64,000 bases of DNA from Lentisphaeria bacterium (GCA_041690595.1 JAWLHB010000020.1:62001-126000), one strand, 5' to 3'; counted from the first letter of the stretch, positions 41,601 through 50,207 are shown. Numbers and translations: made by a program. Notes: generated by a model from the letters alone, not told the origin.

Positions 41601-41739
41601 GGCTGGAATAGGCCGTTGCAGCGTCTTCGCGGGCACGCTGCTGGGCGCCCCCCGCAGTGCCGCCGATGCCTTCTGGAATCACCCCGCCTGGCCGGAGACA
41701 CTGGCCGGCCTTTCCGCTCCACAAGATGTTATGGACTGA
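38686..41739 (+). CDS. Secreted TIM-barrel GH-like protein fused to a C-terminal GATase-like domain, paralogue 3
   Basis: HFWAPDDW, FGWDGVRFDG, GGHWMQE; C-terminal VLWVRGL..YGTIVLPN..AGGHLVILGG. Confidence 0.6.
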   Translation: MDNRSSRKRMSWRPVLMALALLPLSMAQAATLEVRVHVEKVLYVPGEEALVTYTVVNGEDEAWQGEAVVTHVTGLDDAREVMCRAVSVAAQGEFEEQVRLPIGEAQFGHEVRITLVADGVAAGEGRELFAVAENLWDVALGTQGGGILHGSGRYGDRPPEIIAAKLAEMRRHYSNWFEKHFWAPDDWGDLTPEREEWISGQAARWENAKWLKLNIDEAHRHGIKAITYGKGIGGGPDGYELLRERPDFFVRNPSGTWGGNPDLWDFDNWQNPQLNHYQDFSSVWHRTYPDLAKLEALDHGIDELIEATRRFGWDGVRFDGQFSAVDDVVSTRNMQRLKQRVWKEFPDFFFGFNLCSIFDRGDTLPHEEREAMAGGGHWMQEAIGDYQYLASVAYTSWLHYAEQEWTAANRVREAGGTYHYIYRLRGTETQQYYKFAIGTLNGAHPVYGAHEVAPGAVNWGRFLTRWSALLWHPKLTPIEPEALGIGAEGLNERVLWRHWARSIPWRADEELLVLPFLRLPESDEIATTDAWPEAVTGADVSLPATVAGRLRRVLWLDPKGEAVELVVTDGRVSLPAISPLGILVLALEGCPSYRPIERPRFTEPVDEEAIAASLASGRSKVVVDPLRPELNMPEESHPAVVKTYAAEVSWSMGRTVREDPEAEKGRAAGADTSFPNCTAGGYFFNLLPGRYRITGRMRQLPASPSAQVGVSIYENVPVGRGYKLREGSMAVNGSVRFDNDDGAYREVVLTEAYEHHGLGFCAVFVRGSVAADAEGDPRFLLDWVKAERLETYNDRVLAEKSGTAEPAGTTVGPPSRVLWVRGLFDELYRLDAALALAFPDGQVTPVYQRHFTPDPSVLAEYGTIVLPNVPVGQFAMPGRKALRDWTLAGGHLVILGGQLSLGQGAMRNTFIEEILPCRLVREADVMRLPQPVALEAPGGAIGQLWYLHETEAKPEATVTARCGTLPMLMSAPAGIGRCSVFAGTLLGAPRSAADAFWNHPAWPETLAGLSAPQDVMD

Positions 41740-41801
41740 ATCTGCTGCCATGATTCTGACAAATATTGATATTTCGCTGATGCGTTATATTTCCTTTTAA
41801 T

Positions 41802-41830
41802 TTGACTGGCAAGAGTTTAGCGGTTAGCTT
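41802..41830 (+). promoter_or_regulatory. Putative sigma70 promoter
   Basis: TTGACT-N17-TAGCTT, preceded by an AT-rich UP-like tract. Confidence 0.5.
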
Positions 41831-41924
41831 GCTGTTCCTCATGCGGCGTGAAAGCGTGCCGTAGAAAGGGCTTTTACGGTCTCCGCTGTTTTGAATTACT
41901 ATCCGGGCAAACCGTTGTCCAAAC

Positions 41925-42707
41925 ATGATGGTGTCACGAATGAATGCTGGTCGAAGGTCATTTACGTTATTAGAGCTGCTGGTGGTTATTGCGATTCTCG
42001 GTGGACTGGCGGCCATGCTGTTGCCTGTCCTGGGAAAATCTCGTGAGGAGGCCCGGCGAACGGCTTGTGCCAATAATCTCAAGCAGCTTGGGACTGCATC
42101 ACTGATGTATGCCGACGACTTTGACGGCTGGCTGCCTGACGATGAGCCGATACGGGAATTCTCACCGACGGAGTATCCGCATGGAGATCCAAACGATATC
42201 GGATCCAGCGGGCTTTACGATGGCAGTCCATGGAACCTGCACCCGAACAATCTCTACTGGTACAGCAATTCCCCCAATCTTGAAACGGAGTGGACACCGG
42301 GGTTTGCTGTTGTGTACATGTACATCAGTGGCAACTATGAGGGTGCCTACAGTGAGGACGATCTGGGACCATTGACGGTGCAGCAGAGCCAACTGCGTGA
42401 TCGCCGCGAGGACGATCCATTCATTGCCGGCTCCTGGAGTATGCTGGGCAGCTGGAATTATCTTGCGGATACAGGCGACTTCTGGGCTTGTCCCAGTTCA
42501 AGGTCACCTTACAAGCGCGCCACCGAGAGCAGCTATTACTATACAGGTAAGGGCTTTCGCAACGATGGTCGTCTCCACGGCGGTGGATACGTGGATCCTG
42601 GCAGGTATCCTATCGGTTCGGACTACACCTTCAATCACCCGGGTGGTAAATGGAAGAACGCGATAATGGTCGACGGTCACAGCCAGGGCTTCCTCCAGAA
42701 GTTGTAG
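41925..42707 (+). CDS. Prepilin-type (DUF1559-like) protein with H-X9-DG-like C-terminus, copy 3
   Basis: [28 protein letters not shown]...VDGH; visibly lower GC than its neighbours. Confidence 0.88.
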   Translation: MMVSRMNAGRRSFTLLELLVVIAILGGLAAMLLPVLGKSREEARRTACANNLKQLGTASLMYADDFDGWLPDDEPIREFSPTEYPHGDPNDIGSSGLYDGSPWNLHPNNLYWYSNSPNLETEWTPGFAVVYMYISGNYEGAYSEDDLGPLTVQQSQLRDRREDDPFIAGSWSMLGSWNYLADTGDFWACPSSRSPYKRATESSYYYTGKGFRNDGRLHGGGYVDPGRYPIGSDYTFNHPGGKWKNAIMVDGHSQGFLQKL

Positions 42708-42799
42708 CTGGCTGTAGCTTATTAAGCCTCCGCCTGAGCAACATCGGCGCTAAGGTGCGTCCCAGAGGCAAGCCTTCTGGTTCTGACTCCTGGAGAAAG

Positions 42800-42848
42800 A
42801 GGTCCCCCCGCCCTGAGGAGTGGCGGGAGATGAGGGCCGGGGGGACCT
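42800..42848 (-). terminator. Hairpin, probable terminator of the hydrogenase operon
   Basis: AGGTCCCCCCGCCCT / AGGGCCGGGGGGACCT inverted repeat between convergent genes, followed on the minus strand by CTTTCT. Confidence 0.6.
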
Positions 42849-42861
42849 GGGAGAGCGAGAG

Positions 42862-43404
42862 TCAGTGGACGACGGCGCGTGCCTTGTCCGAGTAGGTGCG
42901 AATGAGGCTGGTCACATCGTCGGGGGTAACGCGTTCGTAGACGTCGTCATTGATCATGATGACGGGAGCAAGGCCGCACATGCCGAGGCAGCGGGCCTGA
43001 ACGAGGCTGAACATGCCGTCGCTGGTGGTTTCGCCGAGCTGGATACCGAGTTCTTCCTGAAAGCGTTCAACGATCTTGCTGGCGCCGCGCACGTAGCAGG
43101 CGGTGCCGGTGCAGATGTTGATGTTGTACTTGCCGGCCTTCTGCAGGCGGAAGAAGTGGTAGAAGGTGGCGACGCCCGTCACGGTGCTGGTGGGGATGCG
43201 CAGGAGCTGAGCCACCGCGGCCATGTCGGTGCGATCCAGATAGCCGCGTTCGCCCTGCAGCTTGTGCAGGACCGAGATCAGTTCACTGCGGGGATTGCTG
43301 GTGGCGAGGGCCTGATCGATGCGCTGGACCACCGTTTCGGGAAGCTGTTCGCGGGCATCCTGGAGGACGGCCTGCAGATTGTCGGTGTTGGCGATGTGCT
43401 TCAT
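42862..43404 (-). CDS. hydC: NuoE-like [2Fe-2S] hydrogenase subunit (HydC/HndA)
   Basis: LI.VLH..Q...GYL, VATFY, CTGTAC, CLGMCGLAP. Confidence 0.92.
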   Translation of the reverse strand: MKHIANTDNLQAVLQDAREQLPETVVQRIDQALATSNPRSELISVLHKLQGERGYLDRTDMAAVAQLLRIPTSTVTGVATFYHFFRLQKAGKYNINICTGTACYVRGASKIVERFQEELGIQLGETTSDGMFSLVQARCLGMCGLAPVIMINDDVYERVTPDDVTSLIRTYSDKARAVVH

Positions 43405-45188
43405 AGCTGTATCCCCCTGGGGGTGCGGGGCCGGTAGGTGGTGTGAAGGAGCTGGTGGGCGACCTCGCTGCCGGGCTTTTCGAGGAACTCGTCGTAGAGT
43501 TTGCGAATGGCGGGATTCTCGTGGGAACGCCGCAGCTTCTTCTCGGCGTCGATCTGGTAAAGGGCACTGGCCCGCAGGCGCAGCAGCTCGGGATCGAGCA
43601 CCTTGTAGCCGCTCGGCGGGTACGGCTGGCCGCCGCCACCGATACAGCCGCCGGGACAGGCCATGACTTCGATGACGTGGAAGACCTTTTCGCCGCTGAG
43701 CACGGCATCGAGCACGGACTTGGCGTTGACGAGGCCATTGGCCACCGCGATGCGGATGGTCTTGCCGGCAATCTCCAACTCTGCTTCCTTGACCCCTTCC
43801 ACGCCGCGAACCATCTCGAAGTCGATCTTACCGTGGGGCTCGCCGGTGAGCGTCTCGATGGCGGTGCGCAGGGTGGCTTCCATGACGCCGCCGGTCGTGC
43901 CGAAGATGTCGCTGGCGCCGGATGAAAGGCCGAGCGGACTGTCGAATTCGTCGTTCGGCAGGTTCCAGAATTCGATGTTGGGGAGGGTCCAGTAGTCGAT
44001 CCCCCAGGACTTGATCATCCAGATCAGCTCGCGCGTGGTCAGGACGGCGTCGGTATAGGGCTTGCCGTTCTCCATGACATGCTCGGGCCGGGCTGCCTCG
44101 TACTTCTTGGCGACGCAGGGCATGACGGCGACCATGTAGATGTCATCGGGATCGATCCCCTTCTGCCGGGCATAGTAGCTCTTGGTCAAGGCGGAGGTCA
44201 TGCTCATCGGGCTGCGGCAGGATGAGGCGTTGGGAATCAGCTCCGGGTAGAATTTCTCGAGGAAGGAGATCCATCCGGGCGAGCAGCTGGTGAGCAGCGG
44301 CAGCGGTCCCTTGCCGCCGAGGCGCTGGATGAACTCATGAGCTTCCTCGACAATGGTGAGGTCGGCACCGAAATTGGTGTCGAAGACGGCATCGAAGCCG
44401 AGGTGGCGCAAGGCACAGACCATCTTCTCGGTGGAGGGTGTTCCTGGGGGCAGACCGAAGCCTTCGGCAATGGCCGCGCGGATGGAGGGGGCTGTCTGTA
44501 CCACGACATGCTTCTTCGGATCGGCCAGCGCCGCCCACACCTGCTCGGTGGCGGACTTTTCGAGGAAGGCGGCGGTTGGACAGACGTTGATGCATTGCCC
44601 GCACTGGATGCAGACCGACTCGTCCATCGGTTCCTGATTGGCGGGGCTGACGACAGTCTCGAAGCCGCGGCCATGGCGGTGCAGGTTGTGAACCCCCTGG
44701 ATCTCCGCGCAGACGCGTACACAGCGGCCACAGAGAATGCAGCGGCTGGGATCGCGGATGACCGAGACGCTGGAGCTGTCGCCTTCGAGCTGCTTGCGCC
44801 GACCTTCGAAGAGGCGTTCGCGCACGCCCATGGAGTAGGCGAGGTTCTGCAACTCGCAGTGGCCATCGCGTTCACAGGCCTGGCAGTCCATGTTATGATT
44901 GTCGAGGAGCAGTTCGACAATGTCGCGGCGAGCTTCGCGGATGTCCGGCGAGTTGGTGCGGACTTTCATGCCCTCCCAACACTGGACCGAGCAGGAGGCC
45001 ATGTAGTGGGCCATCCCTTCCACTTCGACGATGCAGACGCGGCAGGAGCCGGCGAGGCTGAGGTCCGGGTGGTAGCAGAGGCGTGGGATGCGGATGCCGA
45101 AGCGTTCCGCCGCGTCCATGATGCTGATCCCGGCGGGAACTTCCACGCTCTGGCCGTCAAGGGTGATGGTAATCGTTTCGCTGCTCAT
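43401..45188 (-). CDS. hydA: Group A [FeFe]-hydrogenase catalytic subunit (HydA/HndD)
   Basis: H-cluster motifs TSCSPGW, MPCVAKKYE, EVMACPGGCIGGGGQP; N-terminal 2Fe-2S, His-ligated 4Fe-4S and 2x4Fe-4S motifs. Confidence 0.97.
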   Translation of the reverse strand: MSSETITITLDGQSVEVPAGISIMDAAERFGIRIPRLCYHPDLSLAGSCRVCIVEVEGMAHYMASCSVQCWEGMKVRTNSPDIREARRDIVELLLDNHNMDCQACERDGHCELQNLAYSMGVRERLFEGRRKQLEGDSSSVSVIRDPSRCILCGRCVRVCAEIQGVHNLHRHGRGFETVVSPANQEPMDESVCIQCGQCINVCPTAAFLEKSATEQVWAALADPKKHVVVQTAPSIRAAIAEGFGLPPGTPSTEKMVCALRHLGFDAVFDTNFGADLTIVEEAHEFIQRLGGKGPLPLLTSCSPGWISFLEKFYPELIPNASSCRSPMSMTSALTKSYYARQKGIDPDDIYMVAVMPCVAKKYEAARPEHVMENGKPYTDAVLTTRELIWMIKSWGIDYWTLPNIEFWNLPNDEFDSPLGLSSGASDIFGTTGGVMEATLRTAIETLTGEPHGKIDFEMVRGVEGVKEAELEIAGKTIRIAVANGLVNAKSVLDAVLSGEKVFHVIEVMACPGGCIGGGGQPYPPSGYKVLDPELLRLRASALYQIDAEKKLRRSHENPAIRKLYDEFLEKPGSEVAHQLLHTTYRPRTPRGIQL

Positions 45189-45203
45189 AATCGATAAAAA
45201 ACC

Positions 45204-47384
45204 TTACATGCGTTTGACGGCGTCGAAGCGGCAGACGTTGAAGCACTGACCACATTTGATGCAGAGGCTCTGGTCGATGACGTGGGGCTTCTTGCGCTCG
45301 CCGGAGATACAGCTAACCGGGCACTTGCGGGCGCAGGCCGTGCAGCCGGTGCAGGCTTCCGCGTCTATCTCATAATGGATGAGGGCGACGCACTTGTGGG
45401 CGGGGCACTTCTTGTGAACGATGTGCGCTTCGTACTCATCGAGGAAATGCGTGATGGTGCTGAGGACGGGATTGGAGGCGGCGCGGCCGAGCCCGCACAG
45501 AGAGGCCTTCTTCATCAGGTTGCCGAGCCGCTTGAGCTTGACAAGGTCTTCCGGTACGCCTTTTCCTTCGGTGATGCGCTGAAGGATCTCGAGCATGCGG
45601 GTGCTGCCTTCGCGGCAGGGTGTGCACTTGCCGCAGGATTCGTCCTGAGAGAAGGAGAGGAAGTACCTGGCGATGTCGACCATGCAGTCGTCTTCGTCCA
45701 TGACGATCATGCCGCCGGAGCCCATGATGGAACCGGCTTTGGCGAGGGTATCGAAGTCAACCGGTGTATCGAGCCACTTGGCGGGGAGGCAACCACCGGC
45801 GGGGCCGCCCGTCTGTATGGCCTTGATGCGCTTGCCTCCCTCGATGCCGCCGCCGATCTCGAAGACGATCTGGCGGAGGGTGGTGCCCATGGGGACTTCG
45901 ATGAGGCCGGTATGGCGAACCTTGCCGGCGAGGGCAAAGACTTTGGTGCCGCCGCTGCCGGGGGTGCCGAGGCGGCTGAACCACGAGGCGCCATAGAGGA
46001 TGACGACCGGTACGTTGGCAAAGGTCTCGACGTTGTTGATGACGGTGGGCTTGCCGAAGAGGCCGCTGGTGGAGGGGTAGGGCGGCCGGATACGCGGCTC
46101 GCCACGCTGCCCTTCGATGGAGTGAATGAGGGCCGTCTCTTCGCCGCAGACAAAGGCGCCCGCGCCGAGGCGGATCTCGACGTCGAAGTTGAAGCCGGAG
46201 CCAAGGATATCCTTGCCGAGGAAGCCACGTTCATGCATCTGGGCGATGGCTTTTTCCAGACGCTTGATGGCGAGGGGATATTCGGCGCGGACGTAGAAGT
46301 AGCCCTGGCTGGCACCGATGGCGTAGCCGCCGATGAGCATCCCTTCGATGACCGAAAAGGGATCGCTTTCGAGCATGCTGCGATCCATGAAGGCGCCCGG
46401 GTCACCTTCGTCGGCGTTGCAGATGATGTACTTGGTTTCGTTCTGCTCGCGGGCGCAATTTTGCCACTTTGTGCCGGTGGGATAGCCGCCGCCGCCACGC
46501 CCGCGCAACTTGCTGGCGAGCATTGTCTCGATCACCTGATTGGGGTCGGCGCCATTGAGGACCTTGGCGAGCGCGGCGAAGCCATCGACCGTCAGATAGG
46601 CGTCGATGCTTTCGGGATTGATGATGCCGGCGTTGCGCATGGCGAGTCGAGTCTGCTGATTGAAGAAGGACTGGTCGCCATACTGTTCGAAGAAACGCTG
46701 GCTGAGGGGCTCCTGCTGTACCCGGAGATCCTCGACAATCTTGCCGCCGACAATATGCGTATCGATGATGCGATCCAGGTCGGCTTCATGACGGGCCCGG
46801 TAGACAATGCGGGCCGGCAGAATGAGAATATGGGTGCCGACCGTGCCCCCCTGCATGTCGCAAAGGCCCATGCAGTTGGCGCGGAGGACCTTGGCTTCCT
46901 CGCCCGGAATGTCTCTCTGGACCAGCTTGGCGCGGAAGCGTTCGAAGAGGCTGGTCTCCTCCTGTTCGCTGCAACGCGGCGCTCCGCAGACGTAGATCTC
47001 GTGCCTGCTGCGATACTGGGGCTGATCGTCGAGAATCAGATCGTCTACCGGCTGGCCATCCAGCACATGGGAGGTAAAGATGCGATGCGCTTTTTCCAGA
47101 TCGACAGACTCGTACTTGATGAGGGCTCGCCCCGGCGTGAGGATGCCGACAATGGGCTCGCAGCTGCACCGGCCGGTACAGCCTACCTCGCGCAGCTCGA
47201 TGTCCCGGCGTCCGGATGCTTCCAGATGCTTGCGGAACTCGAGAAGAACGGCGCGCGAACCGGCGGCGTTCTCACAGGTGGCATTACCCACCTGGATGAT
47301 CGTCTTCCCGTCATTGCCCCCACCTGCCGCGTTACGAGCAGCATTGGCAAGGTCGCAAAAACGTTCCAATGGCTTAATAGCCAT
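45204..47384 (-). CDS. hydB: NuoF-like diaphorase subunit (HydB/HndC) with an extra N-terminal thioredoxin-like domain
   Basis: LRGRGGGGYP, CNADEGDPGAFMDR, GAFVCGEETAL, ESCGKCTPCREG, C-terminal 2x4Fe-4S. Start chosen at ATG 47384 after AAGGGG. Confidence 0.93.
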   Translation of the reverse strand: MAIKPLERFCDLANAARNAAGGGNDGKTIIQVGNATCENAAGSRAVLLEFRKHLEASGRRDIELREVGCTGRCSCEPIVGILTPGRALIKYESVDLEKAHRIFTSHVLDGQPVDDLILDDQPQYRSRHEIYVCGAPRCSEQEETSLFERFRAKLVQRDIPGEEAKVLRANCMGLCDMQGGTVGTHILILPARIVYRARHEADLDRIIDTHIVGGKIVEDLRVQQEPLSQRFFEQYGDQSFFNQQTRLAMRNAGIINPESIDAYLTVDGFAALAKVLNGADPNQVIETMLASKLRGRGGGGYPTGTKWQNCAREQNETKYIICNADEGDPGAFMDRSMLESDPFSVIEGMLIGGYAIGASQGYFYVRAEYPLAIKRLEKAIAQMHERGFLGKDILGSGFNFDVEIRLGAGAFVCGEETALIHSIEGQRGEPRIRPPYPSTSGLFGKPTVINNVETFANVPVVILYGASWFSRLGTPGSGGTKVFALAGKVRHTGLIEVPMGTTLRQIVFEIGGGIEGGKRIKAIQTGGPAGGCLPAKWLDTPVDFDTLAKAGSIMGSGGMIVMDEDDCMVDIARYFLSFSQDESCGKCTPCREGSTRMLEILQRITEGKGVPEDLVKLKRLGNLMKKASLCGLGRAASNPVLSTITHFLDEYEAHIVHKKCPAHKCVALIHYEIDAEACTGCTACARKCPVSCISGERKKPHVIDQSLCIKCGQCFNVCRFDAVKRM

Positions 47385-47443
47385 AATCCATTCCCCTTCT
47401 TTTCGACATCCCACAAACTACATGCCTTCCCCAAGGCTCCCGT

Positions 47444-47505
47444 ACTATACGAGGGGTCTTCCTGCCATTCAATACCACAAGCCAAAAAACGTTTCCTGGG
47501 AAACG
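47444..47505 (-). promoter_or_regulatory. Putative sigma70 promoter of the hyd operon plus an upstream palindrome
   Basis: Minus strand TTGAAT-N17-TATAGT (47472-47444); perfect CGTTTCC-TG-GGAAACG at 47490-47505. Confidence 0.55.
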
Positions 47506-47615
47506 CTACTCGCCTGAGTGGCCTCCGGCGTTGGACACTGCCTCGTCCCCGCGCTGGAGGAGCGCTCGGAAACGCCGACATGTGATTGGCATCCCTGCAT
47601 TCTGCGTTTTCGCTC

Positions 47616-47662
47616 TTGCAAGGTGATTCGCTATTGTGTATAGTGCGAATGTAACAGTTATA
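47616..47662 (+). promoter_or_regulatory. sigma70 promoter and candidate operator of GntR cassette 3
   Basis: TTGCAA-N17-TATAGT; near-palindrome TGTAACAGTTATA at 47650-47662. Confidence 0.55.
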
Positions 47663-47669
47663 GGACTCT

Positions 47670-48680
47670 ATGATGACGACCATTTCTCTGGAAACATCTT
47701 CCGCGGGTTCCCGGCTTGAGCGGGAGCTGCGCCACTTCTGCATGCAGTCCGCGCCGAATCAGGCCATCCTGCCGGAGCGCAAGCTAGCAAAGAAGTATGA
47801 TATCAGTCATGGCACAGTGCGGCGGGTTCTTTCTACGCTGATGGAGGAGGGGCTCATCTACAAGGTGCACGGACGTGGCACTTTCGTGGCTGAAGCGACG
47901 CGAGCGACCGTTGACCAGTCTTCTCTTACCATCATCTATGCGGACAGTTGGGGCAACCTCTGCCATCCGCATTACGCGCGACGGCTTGAAGGACTCTCCG
48001 CGGCCGCCGTGGATTCGAATCTGCGATTGGAAGTGCTCTACTGCGGGCACCATATGGAACGCCGCGAGCATCTGGCCGCGGAGCTGCTGCGACCGCAGGT
48101 GGCCGGGCTGATTGCACCCTGGATGACCGAAGAGTCCTTCACCGGTTTCAAACGGGTGAATCCACGCCTGCAGGTCGTGACCACGGCCTCGTTCGATCCG
48201 GCTTCCGGCACCTGTGCGGTCGGTATAGACTATCGGTGGATGGGCAGCACCGGCTGGCGCTATCTCATCGAGCAGGGCTCCCGGCGTCCGCTGTTCGTCT
48301 ATCAGACAGCCGAAGCTCGCTTCGGCGTCGAATCCATTACCGATACGGCGATCGACCCGTTATTCCTGCGGGTGCGTGCCGGCGAGACGCGGGTTGACCC
48401 CATTCTTTCGATGATTCACGACCAGAAGCCTGATGCCCTGCTCTTCGATGATGATGTTGTGGCGCGGAGCACGCTGCTGGCGCTGGGCAGGCCGGGCTTT
48501 CCCGTGGCAAGCCACCACAATGTCGGCGATCAACAGATGCCGGAGTGGGTTGCAAAGCTGCAGATTGACGGACTGATCGTCGGTCGCCTGATCATGCGCA
48601 GCCTCCGCGCCATGATCGATGGCGATCCCCTGCAGGATACATCCATACGCGTACGTCCAAAACTAATCGAACCCTCATAA
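47670..48680 (+). CDS. GntR-HTH/LacI-like regulator, copy 3 (divergent)
   Basis: LPERKLAKKYDISHGTVRRVL..GRGTFV; degenerate LacI-type sensor domain. Confidence 0.88.
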   Translation: MMTTISLETSSAGSRLERELRHFCMQSAPNQAILPERKLAKKYDISHGTVRRVLSTLMEEGLIYKVHGRGTFVAEATRATVDQSSLTIIYADSWGNLCHPHYARRLEGLSAAAVDSNLRLEVLYCGHHMERREHLAAELLRPQVAGLIAPWMTEESFTGFKRVNPRLQVVTTASFDPASGTCAVGIDYRWMGSTGWRYLIEQGSRRPLFVYQTAEARFGVESITDTAIDPLFLRVRAGETRVDPILSMIHDQKPDALLFDDDVVARSTLLALGRPGFPVASHHNVGDQQMPEWVAKLQIDGLIVGRLIMRSLRAMIDGDPLQDTSIRVRPKLIEPS

Positions 48681-48686
48681 GGCACA

Positions 48687-49397
48687 ATGGCAATGAAAAC
48701 TCCGCGATCCGCATTTACCCTGATTGAACTTCTGGTCGTCGTCGCGATAATCAGCGTCCTTGCGTCGATGCTGCTGCCGGCACTGACCCGTGCGCGCGAC
48801 AAGGCAAAGGTGACCAAGTGCCTCAGCAACCACAAGCAGGTAGGCATGGCCATGCAGATGTATTATGACGACTATGCGGACAACGGCTATACGCTCGGGT
48901 ATGGCATCTATGACAGCCATGGCGCCAGCTACAACTGGAATCTGCGCGATTGGAAGGACAGCTATGCGCCGATGCATCTGGGTGCCGTGCTGGCCGACGG
49001 GTATGCGGGCATGGGCGAGATCTTTCACTGCACCGACATGTCCATTCTGCCGACCTCGTCGTACCCCACCTGGCCCATTCACTTCGGGCAGCCCAACTCC
49101 GCCAAGGATTTCTACAAGAACACCAACGCGCGGGTCATGATCAGCCTGTCTTACAGGCCTCCCCTCAACCATGCCGGCTACAATCATGGCTCCTACCAGA
49201 ACACCACCCGAGCCCTCAATCGCACCCGCCACCGCACTATCTTCACCTGCCTGACTTACGGCGGGGTGGTGGCGCACAAGGCGCAGGGCGTTATCGCCAG
49301 TTATGAGGACGGGGTATCCGCCTGGATCCGAGGGGGCAACACCACGGGTGGCGTCAACTATGCCGTTACGGATGCCGCCGGACGCGGTCTTCGCTGA
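48687..49397 (+). CDS. Prepilin-type (DUF1559-like) protein, copy 4
   Basis: [34 protein letters not shown]-terminal AH......YEDG. Confidence 0.9.
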   Translation: MAMKTPRSAFTLIELLVVVAIISVLASMLLPALTRARDKAKVTKCLSNHKQVGMAMQMYYDDYADNGYTLGYGIYDSHGASYNWNLRDWKDSYAPMHLGAVLADGYAGMGEIFHCTDMSILPTSSYPTWPIHFGQPNSAKDFYKNTNARVMISLSYRPPLNHAGYNHGSYQNTTRALNRTRHRTIFTCLTYGGVVAHKAQGVIASYEDGVSAWIRGGNTTGGVNYAVTDAAGRGLR

Positions 49398-49400
49398 GGA

Positions 49401-50207
49401 TCAGCGGCCGAAGCGGCGTTGGCGGCAGTGGAACGCGTGAAGTGCCCGCAGCAGGTCGACTTTGCGAAACTGCGGCCAGTAGCTGTCGCAGAAGTAGTAT
49501 TCCGCGTAGGCGCTCTGCCAGAGCAGGAATCCCGAGAGGCGGACTTCGCCGCTGGTGCGGATGATCAGATCCGGATCGGGATGGTGAGAGGTGTAGAGGT
49601 ACTCTCCCAGGGTCGACGTCTCCAGCTTCTCCGCCAGTTGTGCAAGGGTGGTGCCGTTGTGGCTGTGGTCCAGAAGGAAGCGTTTGGCGGCGTCGGTGAT
49701 CTCTTCGCGCCCGCCATAGGCGATCGCGATGTTCAGATAGTTGCGGGAATAATGCTCGGTCGCCTGCTCGGCCGCCGCGATCGCCCGGCGCAGCCGCTCG
49801 GGCAGCAACTGCGTGCGACCGATGAAGCGTACGTTGACCTCATGCCGATGCACATCCGGATGCTCGATCAGCTCGTAGGTGCGGCGCTCGATAAGGTCGA
49901 AGAGACCTTTCACTTCCGCCGGCGTGCGGTTGAAGTTGTCCAGCGAGAAGATCCACGCGGTTACCACGTGAACATCCGATTCGAAGAGCCAGCTCAGCAC
50001 TTCGTAGAGCTTGTCGGCGCCGCGGGCGTGTCCTTCGAGCACGGAGATGGCCCCGCTCTCCCTGGCATAACGGCGATTGCCATCGAGGATCATCCCGACG
50101 TGTCTGGGCCGGTGCCACGAAGGCAGCTGGCGGCTCAGGCGTCGTTCTTCGAGGCGGTCGAGTGGGAGCCGCAGGACGGCGCGTGCTTGCTGGACTAACT
50201 TGGTCAT
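49401..50207 (-). CDS. uppS: cis-isoprenyl diphosphate synthase (UppS family)
   Basis: PRHVGMILDGNRR, FSLDNFNR, YGGREEI, PDLIIRTSGEVRLSGFLLWQSAY, RRFG. Confidence 0.9.
   Translation of the reverse strand: MTKLVQQARAVLRLPLDRLEERRLSRQLPSWHRPRHVGMILDGNRRYARESGAISVLEGHARGADKLYEVLSWLFESDVHVVTAWIFSLDNFNRTPAEVKGLFDLIERRTYELIEHPDVHRHEVNVRFIGRTQLLPERLRRAIAAAEQATEHYSRNYLNIAIAYGGREEITDAAKRFLLDHSHNGTTLAQLAEKLETSTLGEYLYTSHHPDPDLIIRTSGEVRLSGFLLWQSAYAEYYFCDSYWPQFRKVDLLRALHAFHCRQRRFGR

Noticed and set aside
47526..47577. Possible three-way-junction RNA (CGGCGTT...AACGCCG)
   Set aside because: Short GC-rich stems expected by chance; lies between divergent promoters; matches no riboswitch or tRNA I recognise.
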